Below are positions 24,830 to 37,278 of a DNA stretch of 64,000 nt, in pieces (within the stretch, counting starts at the first letter, position 1; every line of letters starts with the position of its first letter). The stretch is taken from contig OZ024742.1 of NCBI GenBank assembly GCA_964016885.1, forward strand, positions 339,822,001-339,886,000, given 5' to 3'. The stretch is from Eledone cirrhosa (taxonomy: Eukaryota). The notes below the pieces were generated by a model that saw only the letters and a list, made by a program, of their open reading frames with translations, was not told the origin of the DNA and ran no database searches. The position numbers were made by a program, and so were the translations under genes.

Positions 24830-25023
24830 TAAAATAACAGATTAAAGTTTAAGCAAAGAATCGCTGCTCTCACCCATCGTCTTCCTGCTTTCCTTCGGTT
24901 GCAACGTTTTCGAAATATTTACTTCTGCGTTCACTGAGTGATTTTTTTAGTTTCAGAAGATCCCGTTAAGGGTGAAAGCACGGATTCTTTGCTTAAACTT
25001 TAATCTGTTATTTTAATAAATAT
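24822..25023. repeat. 41-bp inverted repeat flanking a short PLE-like remnant
   Basis: 24822-24862 is the reverse complement of 24983-25023. The interior shares sequence with 31190-31250. Confidence 0.8.
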
Positions 25024-25236
25024 TTGCTCCATATATTTGATATATATTTATCCTTATCTTGCCCTCTTTGGATCTTAGTCTTCAAATTTATTATTATTAC
25101 TACATATATATATATATATATACAAATATAATTTCAGCGAGATCGTATTTCGGTGGTGGCCAAAAACAAAGCGGAACGCAAATTTCGAGAAATGCGACAA
25201 GCGCTCAATGGACTAAAAGAAGACCAGAGTAATTAA

Positions 25237-25433
25237 CATACGTTATAGAGCCCAGACAAAATGAAAACGGTGGTTGGGAAGCTATCAGCCACCTGAGCCA
25301 AAAAAACGAAGCAAGCTAAACAGGTTAACAAAAGAATTGTGTAAAACCCTGTTTAGCTTACTTCGTTTTTTTTACTCAGGTGGCTGATAGCTTCACGACC
25401 ACTGCTTTCATTTTGTCTGGCCTCTATAACGTA
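25237..25433. repeat. Imperfect ~88-bp-arm fold-back
   Basis: acgttatagagcccagacaaaatgaaa..gaagctatcagccacctgag is mirrored by ctcaggtggctgatagcttc..tttcattttgtctggcctctataacgt. Confidence 0.8.
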
Positions 25434-25719
25434 TATATATATAATATATATATACGTACGTCAATACTCATAGTTTTCCATTTCTTAGAATGTTCTAAAC
25501 CCCACTATCAGACTAAGATTTCTTTAGTCAAAAATACGGCGAAAGCTTCTATTTCTATTTTCAAACTCGCTCGCTGTTTCAAAACATGCGACTGCAACTT
25601 CGAATTATACCTATTATATACATACATAGACACACGCACCCATACACACACATACACACTCATGCACACACACACACACACACACATACATACACACACA
25701 TATACACAGACACATACAG

Positions 25720-25765
<46 letters not shown>

Positions 25766-27081
25766 CAATACAAGTTCGAGTTTTCTCATACGAGAGGGAG
25801 AGTGAGAGAGAGATAAAGTGTGAGTTCGCGAGAGAGAGTGAGAGAGTGCGTGAGAAGTATTGGGTGGGATAGAGAGAAGTAGAGAGGTAGAGAGAGAGAG
25901 AAAGTGCGTGTGTATATGTGTGTATGAGAGTGTAGATAGTAAAACAAAAAAAAAACAACCACCACTCTCATCAAATACACACACACACGCGTGTGTGTGT
26001 GGCTGAGCGCGATAGAGAGAGAGTGTGTGTGTGTGTGTGTGTGAGAGAGAGGTAGAGAGTGTATGTGTGTAGTTAGACAGTAAAACAACATATAGACACG
26101 TATAAGTTTGTGTATATATATGTATATGTATGTGCGTATACATGTGTATTTATATGTGTATATATGTGTGTATATGTCGGTATACGTGTGTGTATGTGTG
26201 TATATATGTGTGTCTTTGTGTGAATATATGTGTGTATGTGTGTATATATGTGTGTATGTGTGTGTATATATATGTGTGTATGTGTGTATATGTATGTGTG
26301 TATATATGTGTGTATGTGTATGTGTGTATATATGTGTGTATATGTCGGGTCACTCTTGAGTGCTACTGGTAACATGTAACCCAGTACAACCTGTCGCATG
26401 GTCGGGTCGTCGGCGACTAATCCGGCAACCCCACCAAGTTTACTGGGTTAGGAGGGTGATTTTGGACACCCTGCAGGACAATGTGTGTATATATGTGTAT
26501 ATATGTGTGTATGTGTGTATGTATATGTGTGTGTAGATGTGTATATATGTGTGTATATATGCGTGTAAGTGTGTATATATATATATATGTATGTGTGTAT
26601 ATATGGGCGGAAGAACTCATAAGTGTCAAAGGCCATCCAAAAGTGTGTAAATATGTATATACACATGTACCGCGCGGTTAAACCACTGGGAATGAAGGAC
26701 CCCTAGCCTTTGTCAGGGCATCCTTCTAGGAGAAGGCAACTCAGGAAACTGGGATAACTCCGATATAAAACCTGCAGCTCAGTAGTTACCGATGATGTTG
26801 ATCTTTTCTTCTTTTCGGATTACAGTTACTGTCGCTCAGAGAGTGGGATTGGCTCAGTGCACAGACTTTCCTCACTTTAAAAAAAATCTTCAAGCACAGT
26901 CATTGCACGATAGAATTAATGGATAATTATTAATAATGGTATAACGTGCAGTGGCCATACTCGATAACGAGGGGGCAGCCATCTTGTATGTGTGTAGTTA
27001 GACAATACAACCACCACTCTCATCAATTAAATACACCATAAGGTCTGTTAACTGGTCTTTGACATTTCCACTGTTATTGCA

Positions 27082-27460
27082 GTGGTGGTGGTGGTGGTGG
27101 TTGTGGTGGTGGTGGTAGTGGTGGTTGTGGTTGTGGTGGTGGTGATGGTGATGGTGGTGGTGGTGGTGGTGGTGGTGGTGGTGGTGGTGGTGGTTGTGGT
27201 GGTGGTGATGGTAGAGGTGGTAGTGGTGGTCGTGGTTGTGGTGGTGGTAGTGGTGGTGGTGGTCGTGGTGGTGGTGGTGGTGGTGGTAGTGGTCGTGGTG
27301 GTGGTGGTGGTGGTGGTGGTGGTGGTGGTGGTGGTGGTGGTGGTAGTGGTGTTGTGGGTGTTGGTGGTGGTGGTAGTGGTGGTGGTGGAGGTAGTGGTGG
27401 TGGTAGTGGTAATGGTGGTGGTAGTGGTGATCATGGTGGTGGTGATAGTGATGGTGGTGT
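27082..27460. repeat. (GTG)n microsatellite
   Basis: Seen directly. Confidence 0.95.
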
Positions 27461-27477
27461 TGTCCCTGGTGGAAGTA

Positions 27478-28431
27478 GATCTCGTCTCTGTGACGGAACT
27501 CCAGGGTCAAGCAAAACCGTAAGGGAGCGCTGGGAAACTGGAATGTCTTCAAGCGCTCACAGCCCTCTACTAGATGTGCAGTGAGATCGGTAGAAACTTT
27601 ACTCTGGCATTATATCGATGATTAGGGGCGGGGGAAAGCGACAAAGTTCTTGGAGAAACTGAGTGTTGAAGATGATCAACTAGTCGCTCTCTTCCGGAGA
27701 AATTTCAACCCAGGGTCAATGGATAACCTCTTGAAATGCCTGGCCTGGCAGTGCGACCGTGGGACATTGCCGGTTCTAGATAAACTCTACGGGTGCAGAA
27801 GTGCCGTCAACCGAGGCAGTCTAAGATGCGTCTAGGGTAATTAAACCGTCATGCCGTGAGTTTATGTCGAACACTTGCTGTCACGTGTAGGACGAATCCG
27901 ACTATCAACTGCGTCCATCGTGAAGATAGCCTCGTGGCCATGGCGAAAGAGGTGGAGTGATGGAAGCTTGAATAGGTTGAATATATGTACCTTTCTCTTT
28001 GTTGGGGCTCTAACTAACCTCTAATTAACCTGTAATTAACCTCTTGAAATTTCCACTGAAGAGAGAAATGAGAGTGGAGAGACAAGAATGTTGCTTTCCA
28101 TGGATGTTGAAACATGGATGAGAGTGACAAGCACGGTCGAGTAATCAGAGCCGTTCTGTGTATACGCCTGTAGGACACTGGGATGAGAGCACTTGCTCTG
28201 GCAATCATGGTCACCGTGGAGGTTGGTTAGTTTCCACCATGAATAGCCTTCACAAGTCTTGCCCTACTGGAGAATTGGGTTTTGTTTTAATTTTTTATAC
28301 GTTTCTTCGTTTCATTGTAATTATTTGACACACAAAACCCGACACTGTATCGTCAAGTGACATTATGTACCGTCCTTAATGTTTTCTTAATGTGAGCCCT
28401 GTGTGGTTAATAAAGAAATCATTATTATTAT
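27478..28431 (+). mobile_element. Degenerate Tx1 LINE 3' end (ORF2 C-terminus + 3' UTR)
   Basis: LVSVTELQ, NPGSMDNLLKCLAWQCDRGTLPVLDKLY align by eye to the ORF at 55745-56557. The stop context gcctgtagg is shared. It ends AATAAAGAAATC(ATT)n. Confidence 0.8.
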
Positions 28432-28440
28432 TCGCGCCGG

Positions 28441-29209
28441 TAGGGCGGTGGATTGGCAGTATCGGTAGAGGGTCGGACGCCATGCTTTCCAGCATAGTTA
28501 CGTCCCTTTGCGGTCTGAGTTCAAATCCCGCCGAGGTTAACTTTGCCTTTCATCCTTACGGGGTCGATAAAATAAAGTACCAGTAATGTACTGGTAATTG
28601 ATGGCCTAGTGCCAAAAGTAGAAACAATTATTACTATTAATCGTTAGGGCGTCGAACAATATGCTGGCGACATAGAATTGCGACCCTTTACATTCTGAGT
28701 TCAAATCTTGCCGAGGTTAGTCTTGCTTTTCATCTATATGGGGTCGATAAAATAAAGTACCAGTAATGCACTGGGGTTGATTTAATCGTCTTACCCCTCT
28801 CCCAAAATTGCTGACCTTGTGTCTGAGTCAGAAACCATTATTATTACCAGTAAAGGCGGTGGATTGTCAGTATCGGTAGAGGGTCGGACGCCTTGCTTTC
28901 CAGGATAGTTACGTCCCTTTACGGTCTGAGTTCAAATCACGCCGAGGTTAACTTTGCCTTTCATGCTTTCGGGTTCGGTAAAATAAAGTACCAGTAATGC
29001 ACTGGTTAACTGCTGGCCTTGTGCCAAAAGTAGAAACAATTATTATTATGCTTTGACGCATTGAGTTACGGCCCTTGCCATTCTGAGTTCAAATCCCACC
29101 GAGGTTAACTTTGCCTTTCATCCTTACGAGGTCGATAAAATAAAGTACCAGTAATACACTGGGGAATTGCTGGCCTTGTGCCAAAAGTAGAAACAATTAT
29201 TATTATTAT
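28441..29209 (+). mobile_element. Head-to-tail cluster of four tRNA-derived SINEs
   Basis: Four copies of ctgagttcaaatc..gccgaggtt..tttgcctttcat..ggggtcgataaaataaagtaccagtaa..gtgccaaaagtagaaacaattatta, each ending in (ATT)n. Confidence 0.9.
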
Positions 29210-29219
29210 AATATATATA

Positions 29220-29390
29220 TCTACTTATATATGTAACCAGCAATTTCTCTGCCTGTCTGTCCGACAGTGGAAACACGTGCGTAGAGAGAGAGAGAGCGTG
29301 AAAGAAACAGACAGAGTACGAGAGGGGGATAGCGGGAGGGAGAGAGGGAGAGAGAGAGAGAGAGTGAATAGACGCTAAAACACGTGCTAT
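29220..29390 (+). mobile_element. Helitron-like non-autonomous element, 5' portion
   Basis: A|TCTACTTATATATGTAACCAGCAATTTCTCTG(C/T)CTGTCTGTCCG is shared with 30234+, with a TC start followed by (TCTG)n. Confidence 0.5.
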
Positions 29391-30233
29391 AGAAACATTA
29401 CCTTCCCCTCTCCACTGACTTTGGTCACTGAGGCCGAGGGAATCGCGGGTTGCTATAGAGACACCTTGCACAAGCCAGAAGTAACCAGTTCGAGGCGGTT
29501 CTGACTTGACACCATGTGGTTTGAAGAAGGTTGCCATTGAATTTGTGGTTGTTGCTGCTGATAATAAGGACCATTTGAAGAAGGTTGCTGCTGATGAGGT
29601 AATTTATTAATCAGATTGCGCAGTTCCATAACCTACGTTTGATTTGTTCAATTTTTTTCTTCAATTTTTTTGTTGTTTTTTTTATTTCTTATTGAAAAAA
29701 TATAAATAATAAAATAGTGTTAGAAATTTAAATACAATTAAATACGATTTAATTTCCATTTCCAGCAGCCAATGTCCAGTGTTCAATTTCATGAACAAAT
29801 TGGAAATATTCAAAAAATTGAAGTTTAACTTTTGAACATTTGTTTTGACAATAAAAAAATATTTCCTTATTCACACCTAATGGTATGATTAAAATTTCAT
29901 AGGAATATTTTTTTCTAACCGCCAGTTATTTAAATATTATTAAAAATAATTTTTTTTTTTAAAAGAATGGAAGATTTTGTGGATTTTTTTACCACCTTCC
30001 AAGCCTTAAACACTAATTCTCGCGAATTTGTGTTTTGTAATGACCCTCAGGACGCTGCTATTGTTGATTCCAATGGTGCCTGGTATTCCAATATGTTAGT
30101 ATACAATTTTTTGAATAAAATTAAGGCGCAATTAGAGCTGCCAAACAAAATTTTTTTCGGTTTCGGCCCATATTATATATATATATAATGGGGATGATGA
30201 TGATGATATACATAGTTACATATGTATATGTAA

Positions 30234-30818
30234 TCTCCTTATAATATATAACCAGCAATTTCTCTGTCTGTCTGTCCGACAGTGGAAACACGTGCGCGCG
30301 TGCAAATGTTTTTTGCGCACGCGTAGAGAGAGGGTGAGAGTGAAAGAAAGAGAAGACTACGAGAGGGGAAAGCGGGAGGGAGAGAGAGAGTGAATAGACG
30401 CTAAAACACGTGCGCGCGTGCGAATGTTTTTTGCGCACGCGTAGATAGAGAGTGAGAGTGAAAGAAAGAGACAGACTACAAGAGGGGGATAGCGGGAGGG
30501 AGAGAGGGGGGAATTGAGGAGTGCTACAGAAACATATATACATTTCTGTGTGTGTGTAATATATATATATATATACACACACAGAAATATATATATATAC
30601 ACACAGAAATATATATACATTTCTGTGTGTGTAATATATATATACACACAGAAATATATATACATTTCTGTGTGTGTAATATATATATACACACAGAAAT
30701 ATATATACATTTCTGTGTGTGTAATATATATATACACACAGAAATATATATACATTTCTGTGTGTGTAATATATATATATACTAGCAGAAAACCACCCGG
30801 TGGGTGGTTTTCTGCTAG
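30234..30818 (+). mobile_element. Putative non-autonomous Helitron with internal tandem repeats
   Basis: 5' A|TC and 3' hairpin + CTGCTAG|T. It holds an internal ~120-bp duplication and the 45-bp array. Confidence 0.55.
30525..30780. repeat. 45-bp minisatellite with self-complementary unit (ACACAGAAAT..ATTTCTGTGT)
   Basis: Period 45 (30601, 30646, 30691, 30736). Confidence 0.9.
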
Positions 30819-31374
30819 TCTATACATATATATAAAACTGAAATTGTCTCTGTGTGTGTGTGTCCTAATTTTTGCAAAGTCTATACAAATCGACGTCTAC
30901 TCCAATTGACTTCAAACTTGCATTTAAATATTCCTTGTGGAAGATATTAACTGCGGCGTTTATTTTTCAATTTTCTGTTGTTAAAGGGGGTTAGGCGCCG
31001 CTTATCGATCTCTCTCTTTTTCTTAGTCTGTCTTTTTAGATAGATACATAGCTATAACGTCACGCCCTTATAATATCTGCCTGTATGTCTGGTTGTCTGT
31101 ATTACGACATTATGAAAATAATTGTTCTCATTGCTGACGTATTATCTATTTTCCATTCATGGACAGGAAACGTCTTCACGAACCAAAGTATCGTCTTCCT
31201 GTTTTCCTTCGGTTGCAACGTTTTTCGAAATATTTACTTCTGCATTCACAGATTGATTTTATTTATATATATAAAAGGATCGATCGACTTTCGTCAAATC
31301 GGACCGAGGAAACAATGTTTTCGTCGGTCTTTCCAGTTTCTAATACTATCTATCGGTCGCAACTCCAGGTAGAA

Positions 31375-31490
31375 GGAGCAACGTGAAATAAAGTGTCTTG
31401 CTCAAGGACATAACGCATCGCCCGGTCCAGGAATCGAACTCACAATCTCAAGATTGTGAATCCAATTCTCTAACCACTCAGCCACACGCC

Positions 31491-31495
<5 letters not shown>
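31375..31495 (-). mobile_element. tRNA-derived SINE head
   Basis: Reverse complement has A box TGGCTGAGTGG, B box GAGTTCGATTCC, then gtccttgagcaagacactttatttcacgttgctcc. Confidence 0.8.
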
Positions 31496-31580
<85 letters not shown>

Positions 31581-31699
31581 CTCTCTCTCTCTATATATAT
31601 ATGTATATATATATATATATAATATCTATACCATTGTAACAAATACACGGAGGTCAAGACGTATTGAGCATAATAGGAAGAAACTTTATAAATTTTATA

Positions 31700-33249
31700 A
31701 ATTTTTAAAAAATTTTAACCTTTCGATCACGATTGATAGGAATGATAGAGCGGTCAACTTTTTAGATGTGACTTTGGACTTGGTCACTAATAGTTATAAA
31801 CCCTTCCATAAGCCAAATGAGATACTCTCTTATGTTAATCCCAATTCTAACCACCCCAAATCTATGATTAGCTCTATAATTAACGGTGCATCTAATAGAA
31901 TTTCCACACTCTCTAAGGATATAGGAATATTTAATTCACATGCAGAGTACTATAATAATGCCCTAGCTAACTCTGCTTACTCTGGTAAAATACGGTATAA
32001 TGAGAACAACCTTAGAAAGTCTCCGTTTACCCATAATGATAATAACGTAATTTCCCATAATATGGCCATGAATGGGAGTAGAAAGCATAAGAATCGTAGA
32101 AATCCCATAGGTGTAAGAATCGTAGAAATCCCATAGGTGTATCCGAACCCATCCATAGGTTAAGCTACCGTATTCTTTGGGATTAGTTCTAGGGAACAAG
32201 TTAGGCACTCTGATCGCTCACCCAGTGGTAATGTTTTTACTAATTCTAATAGTGTTGTTTCAACTGATCCTGGTAGTAACCCTAATCCTATTGATATGAT
32301 TCCAGATAACAGTAGATATACTAAAGGTAGAAACAGAAGGAGACTCAATAGGGTTTTGGCTGCTTCTAATAATGTTGTTTCAACTAGTCCTCGTAGTAAC
32401 CCTGATCCTATTAGTGGGATACTGGATAACGGTAGAGTTCGTAAGGATAGAAATAGGAGGAGACTCAATACTTATTTTAACCCGCCATATGATCAGGAAG
32501 TATTAACTAACATCCCTAGGTCTTTCTTTTCTATCTTAGAGAAAAATTTCCCTCCTACTAATAAATACCATGGTATTTTTAATAAAAATGTAATTAAACT
32601 ATCATTCTCTACCACCCCTAATATTAGTTCTCATTTAGCTAGCACTAACAATAAGAACATTAGGGACAGCTACTCCTCTTTGCGTACTACTAGTCTTGAT
32701 AGATCCATTAATGCCTTACCACCTGAGCAGACCTTATCTTATAATAACCCTAGAAGTGATGCATCACTTATTCAGCCGGTAAATAGCACCAGGAAGTGTA
32801 ACTGTAGAGTAAGTATTAACTGCCCTTTAAATGGTCACTGCCTCTCTAGGAACATTGTTTATGCTTGTGAAGTTAAGACTGATTCTTCTAATAGCACATA
32901 TATAGGCTCCACATCTAATACTTTTAAAACTAGGTTTAATTCTCATATCTCTAATTTTAAGCATGTTAAGTTTAAGAACTCTACTTCTTTAGCACACCAT
33001 ATCTGGGATCTTAAAGGGGCAGGCATGCCATATAGCCTTAATTGGCGTATAGTAGCACGCTCTAATAACCTATCAACACACACTAAATTCTGTAATCTCT
33101 GTATCCTAGAGACCCACTCTATAATTTTCTCTAGGGAAGTTTTGCTTAATAGAAAGACTGAGATATTTTCTTCATGCCCACATGCCATTTCTAATTCTTT
33201 CTTCTATTATAGACCTAAAAGTTCTGGTAGTTTAAATCGTATCCATTAG
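31700..33249 (+). pseudogene. Penelope-like RT C-terminus + GIY-YIG endonuclease
   Basis: VNFLDVTLDL, YVNPNSNHP, RISTLS, YFNPPY, CNCRVSINCPLNGHC, IVYACEV, YIGST..FKTRFNSH, CNLCILE, LLNRKTE..CPH. A 26-bp tandem duplication at ~32088-32140 shifts the frame. Confidence 0.92.
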
Positions 33250-34639
33250 CTGCTATATTTCCTTATCTTTTTTGTTTAGGTTCATTTTGATTACCATCAT
33301 CTTTATTATTATTAGTTTTTTTACAACTTTTCGATTTTAGTTTCCATAGTCTTTTGGCTACCATACCCTATCTATCGTCTTAAGCATTATTATAGTTTCA
33401 CTACTAACACCTTATGGGTTTATATCTTATTAAATACTGTGGTTGGAGTCTCATTCAACTAATGTACCTCCTCCTCTACACACTTAATATCCGCCCCTTC
33501 TATTATACTATATATAAATTTCACATTTATGCTCCTTTTATGATATTATATAATATATTGATTTTACTTTTATGCTCCTTCCTATCCTCCATAACCTCTC
33601 TTCTTTCTGTTCCCATTGGTCTACCAAAGTTCTATTTAGAGTCCTTTTATTTGATAACATTATTCGACTGAACGGAACATATTTTACTCTATTCTTGATA
33701 ATTTTATTGAAATATCTCAAACTTGTACGTTTTTGATGACTTAAACTATAGCCAATTTTGAAGTGACTAAATATGTATTTTAAATACTTTTAATATTAAT
33801 TAATTTAAAAAGGTTTTCTAGTCAATTCGCCGCTTACATTTCTATCCCTTCTTTTACTTAACCGCTTGTGACACCTAAGTAAATATACTTGTTTTTGTTT
33901 TTCGATCTTCGGTTTATTTAATTTATTTTTTTACTACCACACGCTGTTCATTAATATTTGTCTGTGTATCTCAACCACGTAAATATTTATTAAGCATTTC
34001 CTTAGACTCTGTTTCATATTTGATATTAATGTTGTTATATCATATCATTTTTATGTAATCGTATTATAGATTTTAATATATGTTATTTGAAGTATGGTTC
34101 TGTTATATTTTGTAATATCTTGTGATATTTTGGTAATATGTATGCCAATGTAAAACGTCTTGACCTCCGTGTATTTGTTACAATGGTATAGATATTTTTT
34201 TCAACACAATTTTTTCAACACTATTTAGTTCTATATGATTTTTTTCTTAGCCTGTGTAAAATTTTATACTATTTGTTAACTTTGAATTATATATATGATG
34301 TAATTTTGTATATCTTTTGATGCCAATATATTATAATTTTGTTATTATAATGTTATTATAATGTTTTTATATTGTTTATGCACACTGACAGGGAATTATA
34401 TATTATATTTTATTTTTATTTTTATGTTTATTCTTATTTTTATCTTTATTATATTATACTGTAAACAATATATATATATATATTTAAATACTTAATAAGT
34501 GTTAGTTTGTGTTTGTACTAATGTATATATGTATAGATATATATATATATATACATATATTAAGCTTTTTATTATCACCATCTATTATATTATATTATAT
34601 TCTATATCGTACTGTAATTCTCGCATTATATTACCATTT

Positions 34640-34825
34640 AGGGCGGTGGATTGGCAGTATCGGTAGAGGGTCGGACGCCATGCTTTCCAGCATAGTTACG
34701 TCCCTTTACGATCTGAGTTCAAATCCCGCCGAGGTTGACTTTGCCTTTCATCCTTACGGGGTCGATAAAATAAAGTACCAGTAATGCACTGGGTATTTGC
34801 TGGCCTTGTGCCTAAAGTAGAAACA
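34640..34825 (+). mobile_element. tRNA-derived SINE with 15-bp target-site duplication
   Basis: Same family as 28441+. ATTATATTACCATTT occurs at 34625-34639 and 34826-34840. Confidence 0.92.
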
Positions 34826-35057
34826 ATTATATTACCATTTGTGTTTCAAGGTTTTGCATTATATAATACTTACAATGTGGGTTCAACATGTTAATCACTT
34901 CCTTGCTATTTGGTCTATATCTATGTTTGTAACTGCTCACTCTTAATCTTAGCCTACTTTTCCTTAATATCATTCATAGGCTTTAATAGATGTATACTCC
35001 ATATTCTTCTGAGCTTTTGGCTTGTATTGGCCGATAGTGCTTCTTGTAGCTTTACTT

Positions 35058-35095
35058 GCCCTGATGAGTCCTTAATAGGACGAAACATTGTTGGC
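35058..35095 (+). ncRNA. Minimal type I hammerhead ribozyme (PLE-type)
   Basis: GCC-CUGAUGA-GUCC(UUAAUA)GGAC-GAAA-C(AUU)G-UU-GGC, followed by AATAAA. Confidence 0.8.
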
Positions 35096-35244
35096 TAATA
35101 AAGACTTTTGATATATTGAAGGCTTCTTTGGTTTATTTTTTATAATTCTTCGGCTCTGTTTAATTACATTGAGCTATATCTTATACTGTCATTTCTATAA
35201 TATGAAGAGGGTGTTTAACTCCAACACACTCTAGTATTTTAATT

Positions 35245-35329
<85 letters not shown>

Positions 35330-35339
35330 TGTACAGATA

Positions 35340-36226
35340 TTTTTGCATACACAAAAACAAAATATAAACAAACTTATTTATTTCACGAAAGCACAGACGG
35401 CTTATCGTCATTGTTACTGCCGATATGCCACCCAAAAAGTCCCACTACTTTTGGCACAAGGCCAGCAATTACATAGTAACGGTTCGAAAATCACATGCAT
35501 CACTGACGAGTTTACTCCTTACTCTACCAGTTAGTCTTATTGTACTTTGTCCTGCTTTTAGGTCATGCCACGAAAGATACTCCATTGGTCGAAATACTGC
35601 GAAAGCGGTAAGAAAAAGAACAAGGCGGGCAAACGAATCGTCAGTGGAATCTGCTATTCGACGGTAGCAAGATACTCAACGTACTGCCACCAGAAGAGCA
35701 CTTGAAACAGACAACCAACGAACCATTCACCGAACCGTGTCATCTTTGCAATGTCTATCAACAAATCCCAGGGTCAGACCCTAGCTGTTGCTGGTCTTCT
35801 TTTGGAAGAGTCATGTTTTTCACACGGGCAGCTATACGTTTGTCTGCTCAAGAGTGGGAAGCAAGACAAATCTCTTTGCATATGCCCGACACGGAAGAAC
35901 AAGGAACATTGTGTACAAGGAGGTGCTATAATCATTGTTTAGGTAGACGAGGGAGAAGGGGATATACACGATTGGCGGAAGAAGGACGAGACTGTCTTAG
36001 TAGTGCGACCAACGGCTGCTATCACACCAACAGCAGCAAAAACAACAACAAAAAAGAGAGGGAACGCAATTATATGCTTTTGAAAAATCTTAATGGAAAA
36101 TTATTTGCCTAAGCACAAAATGTAGACACCATCCCCAGGCCGAAGTATTCCGTACTTCTCTGTACTGGTTCAGAAAGGAGGGATAAACATGTTTAGAAGC
36201 CCGAGCAACGCCGGGCCATTCTGCTA

Positions 36227-36227
<1 letters not shown>
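35340..36227 (+). mobile_element. Heavily deleted Helitron
   Basis: MPPKK/MPRK-like starts and the helicase tail FAMSINKSQGQTL..CFSHGQLYV. The 3' end is CCCGAGCAACGCCGGG-CCATTCTGCTAG|T. The 5' boundary is uncertain. Confidence 0.8.
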
Positions 36228-36265
<38 letters not shown>

Positions 36266-36286
36266 TATGTGTAGAAGTAAACACAA

Positions 36287-36803
36287 TGTTACATATAATT
36301 TAACCTGAATGATATGGGATGTTACAAGATTTCTTATAAGATTTCTCATACATACCATATCAATAAAAATTTCATCTCCCGGACAGACTAAATTATAATG
36401 CTCAGTATTTATACTTTGAGCTTGTTAATTGCAGGGTATCCATATGAGTTAATAACTCTATATTTTATTTGTATTTCGGCTCCTTATCTGTTGAGCTTAT
36501 AAAAATGAGTGTAAATAGGCTATTATTTCTAGCATAACCACTCGCACCGCATATGACTTTCAACGCACGAGGTGTAAACTTTAGTGAGTTTCTCGTTATA
36601 GGTGTTGTGTATCATTTAATCTTATTTCTCGCATGCGAAATGCCTATGGATTACTCGTTACAAACACGATTTATTCAGATGCGAAACAGGTAAATCTTTA
36701 GTCTGTCCGGGAGATGAAATTGTTATTGATATAGTATGTATGAGAAATCTTGTAAAAAATCTTGTAACATCCCATATGATTCAGGTTAAATTATATGTAA
36801 CAT
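36287..36803 (+). mobile_element. PLE-derived non-coding element with ~106-bp inverted repeat
   Basis: 36287-36392 is the near-reverse complement of 36698-36803. A degenerate HHR lies at 36624-36715. Confidence 0.6.
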
Positions 36804-36917
36804 TTGTGGTGTAATCCACCCTCGTAATTTTAGACACAGGATTTACTGTGTTTACTTCTAATTTACTGTGTTAATTGCAGGGTATCCATATGAGTTAATA
36901 ACTCATTATTTTATTTG

Positions 36918-36988
<71 letters not shown>

Positions 36989-37147
36989 TATAAATAAAGA
37001 GTTCTAAACTCAAACAGTCCTTTACAATGAAATAGCTCAAAGAAAGAAGTATTTCTGAGCCGTGTAATACGTAGCTAGACACTGAGAAACCATGTGCGTT
37101 GATCAGTCTTCTTAAATAATTTGAAGTGAAACATACCAATTTTTCAG

Positions 37148-37278
37148 GGTACTTGCTGATGAGATCTGAATATGGTATTTTTTCACTTTTTCATTTATCG
37201 AAACTTATTTGGATTTTGAAGTTTAAACTTATCTACGGAATAGGTTTGGATTTTGAAATTTAAATTTGTCCAAGTACC
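37148..37278 (+). ncRNA. Type I hammerhead ribozyme with extended stem III (copy 1)
   Basis: Stem I GGUACUUG/CAAGUACC, core CUGAUGA (37156-62), stem II GAU/AUC, GAAA (37200-03), GUC triplet (37268-70). Confidence 0.85.

Larger units (their letters stand above)
31621..35190 (+). mobile_element. Penelope-like element, 5'-truncated, with inverted 5' segment and 3' pLTR-like region
   Basis: RT thumb + GIY-YIG ORF. 31621-31662 is an exact inverted copy of 34155-34196. An HHR and AATAAA lie near 35060-35102. The 3' boundary is approximate. Confidence 0.8.

Noticed and set aside
26345-26990. Structured RNA or LINE 5' UTR interrupted by microsatellite
   Set aside because: It looks like a dispersed repeat remnant, but I could not assign a family or a fold from sequence alone.
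29591-29640. CTGATGAG hammerhead core
   Set aside because: There is no downstream stem II/GAAA/UH arrangement.
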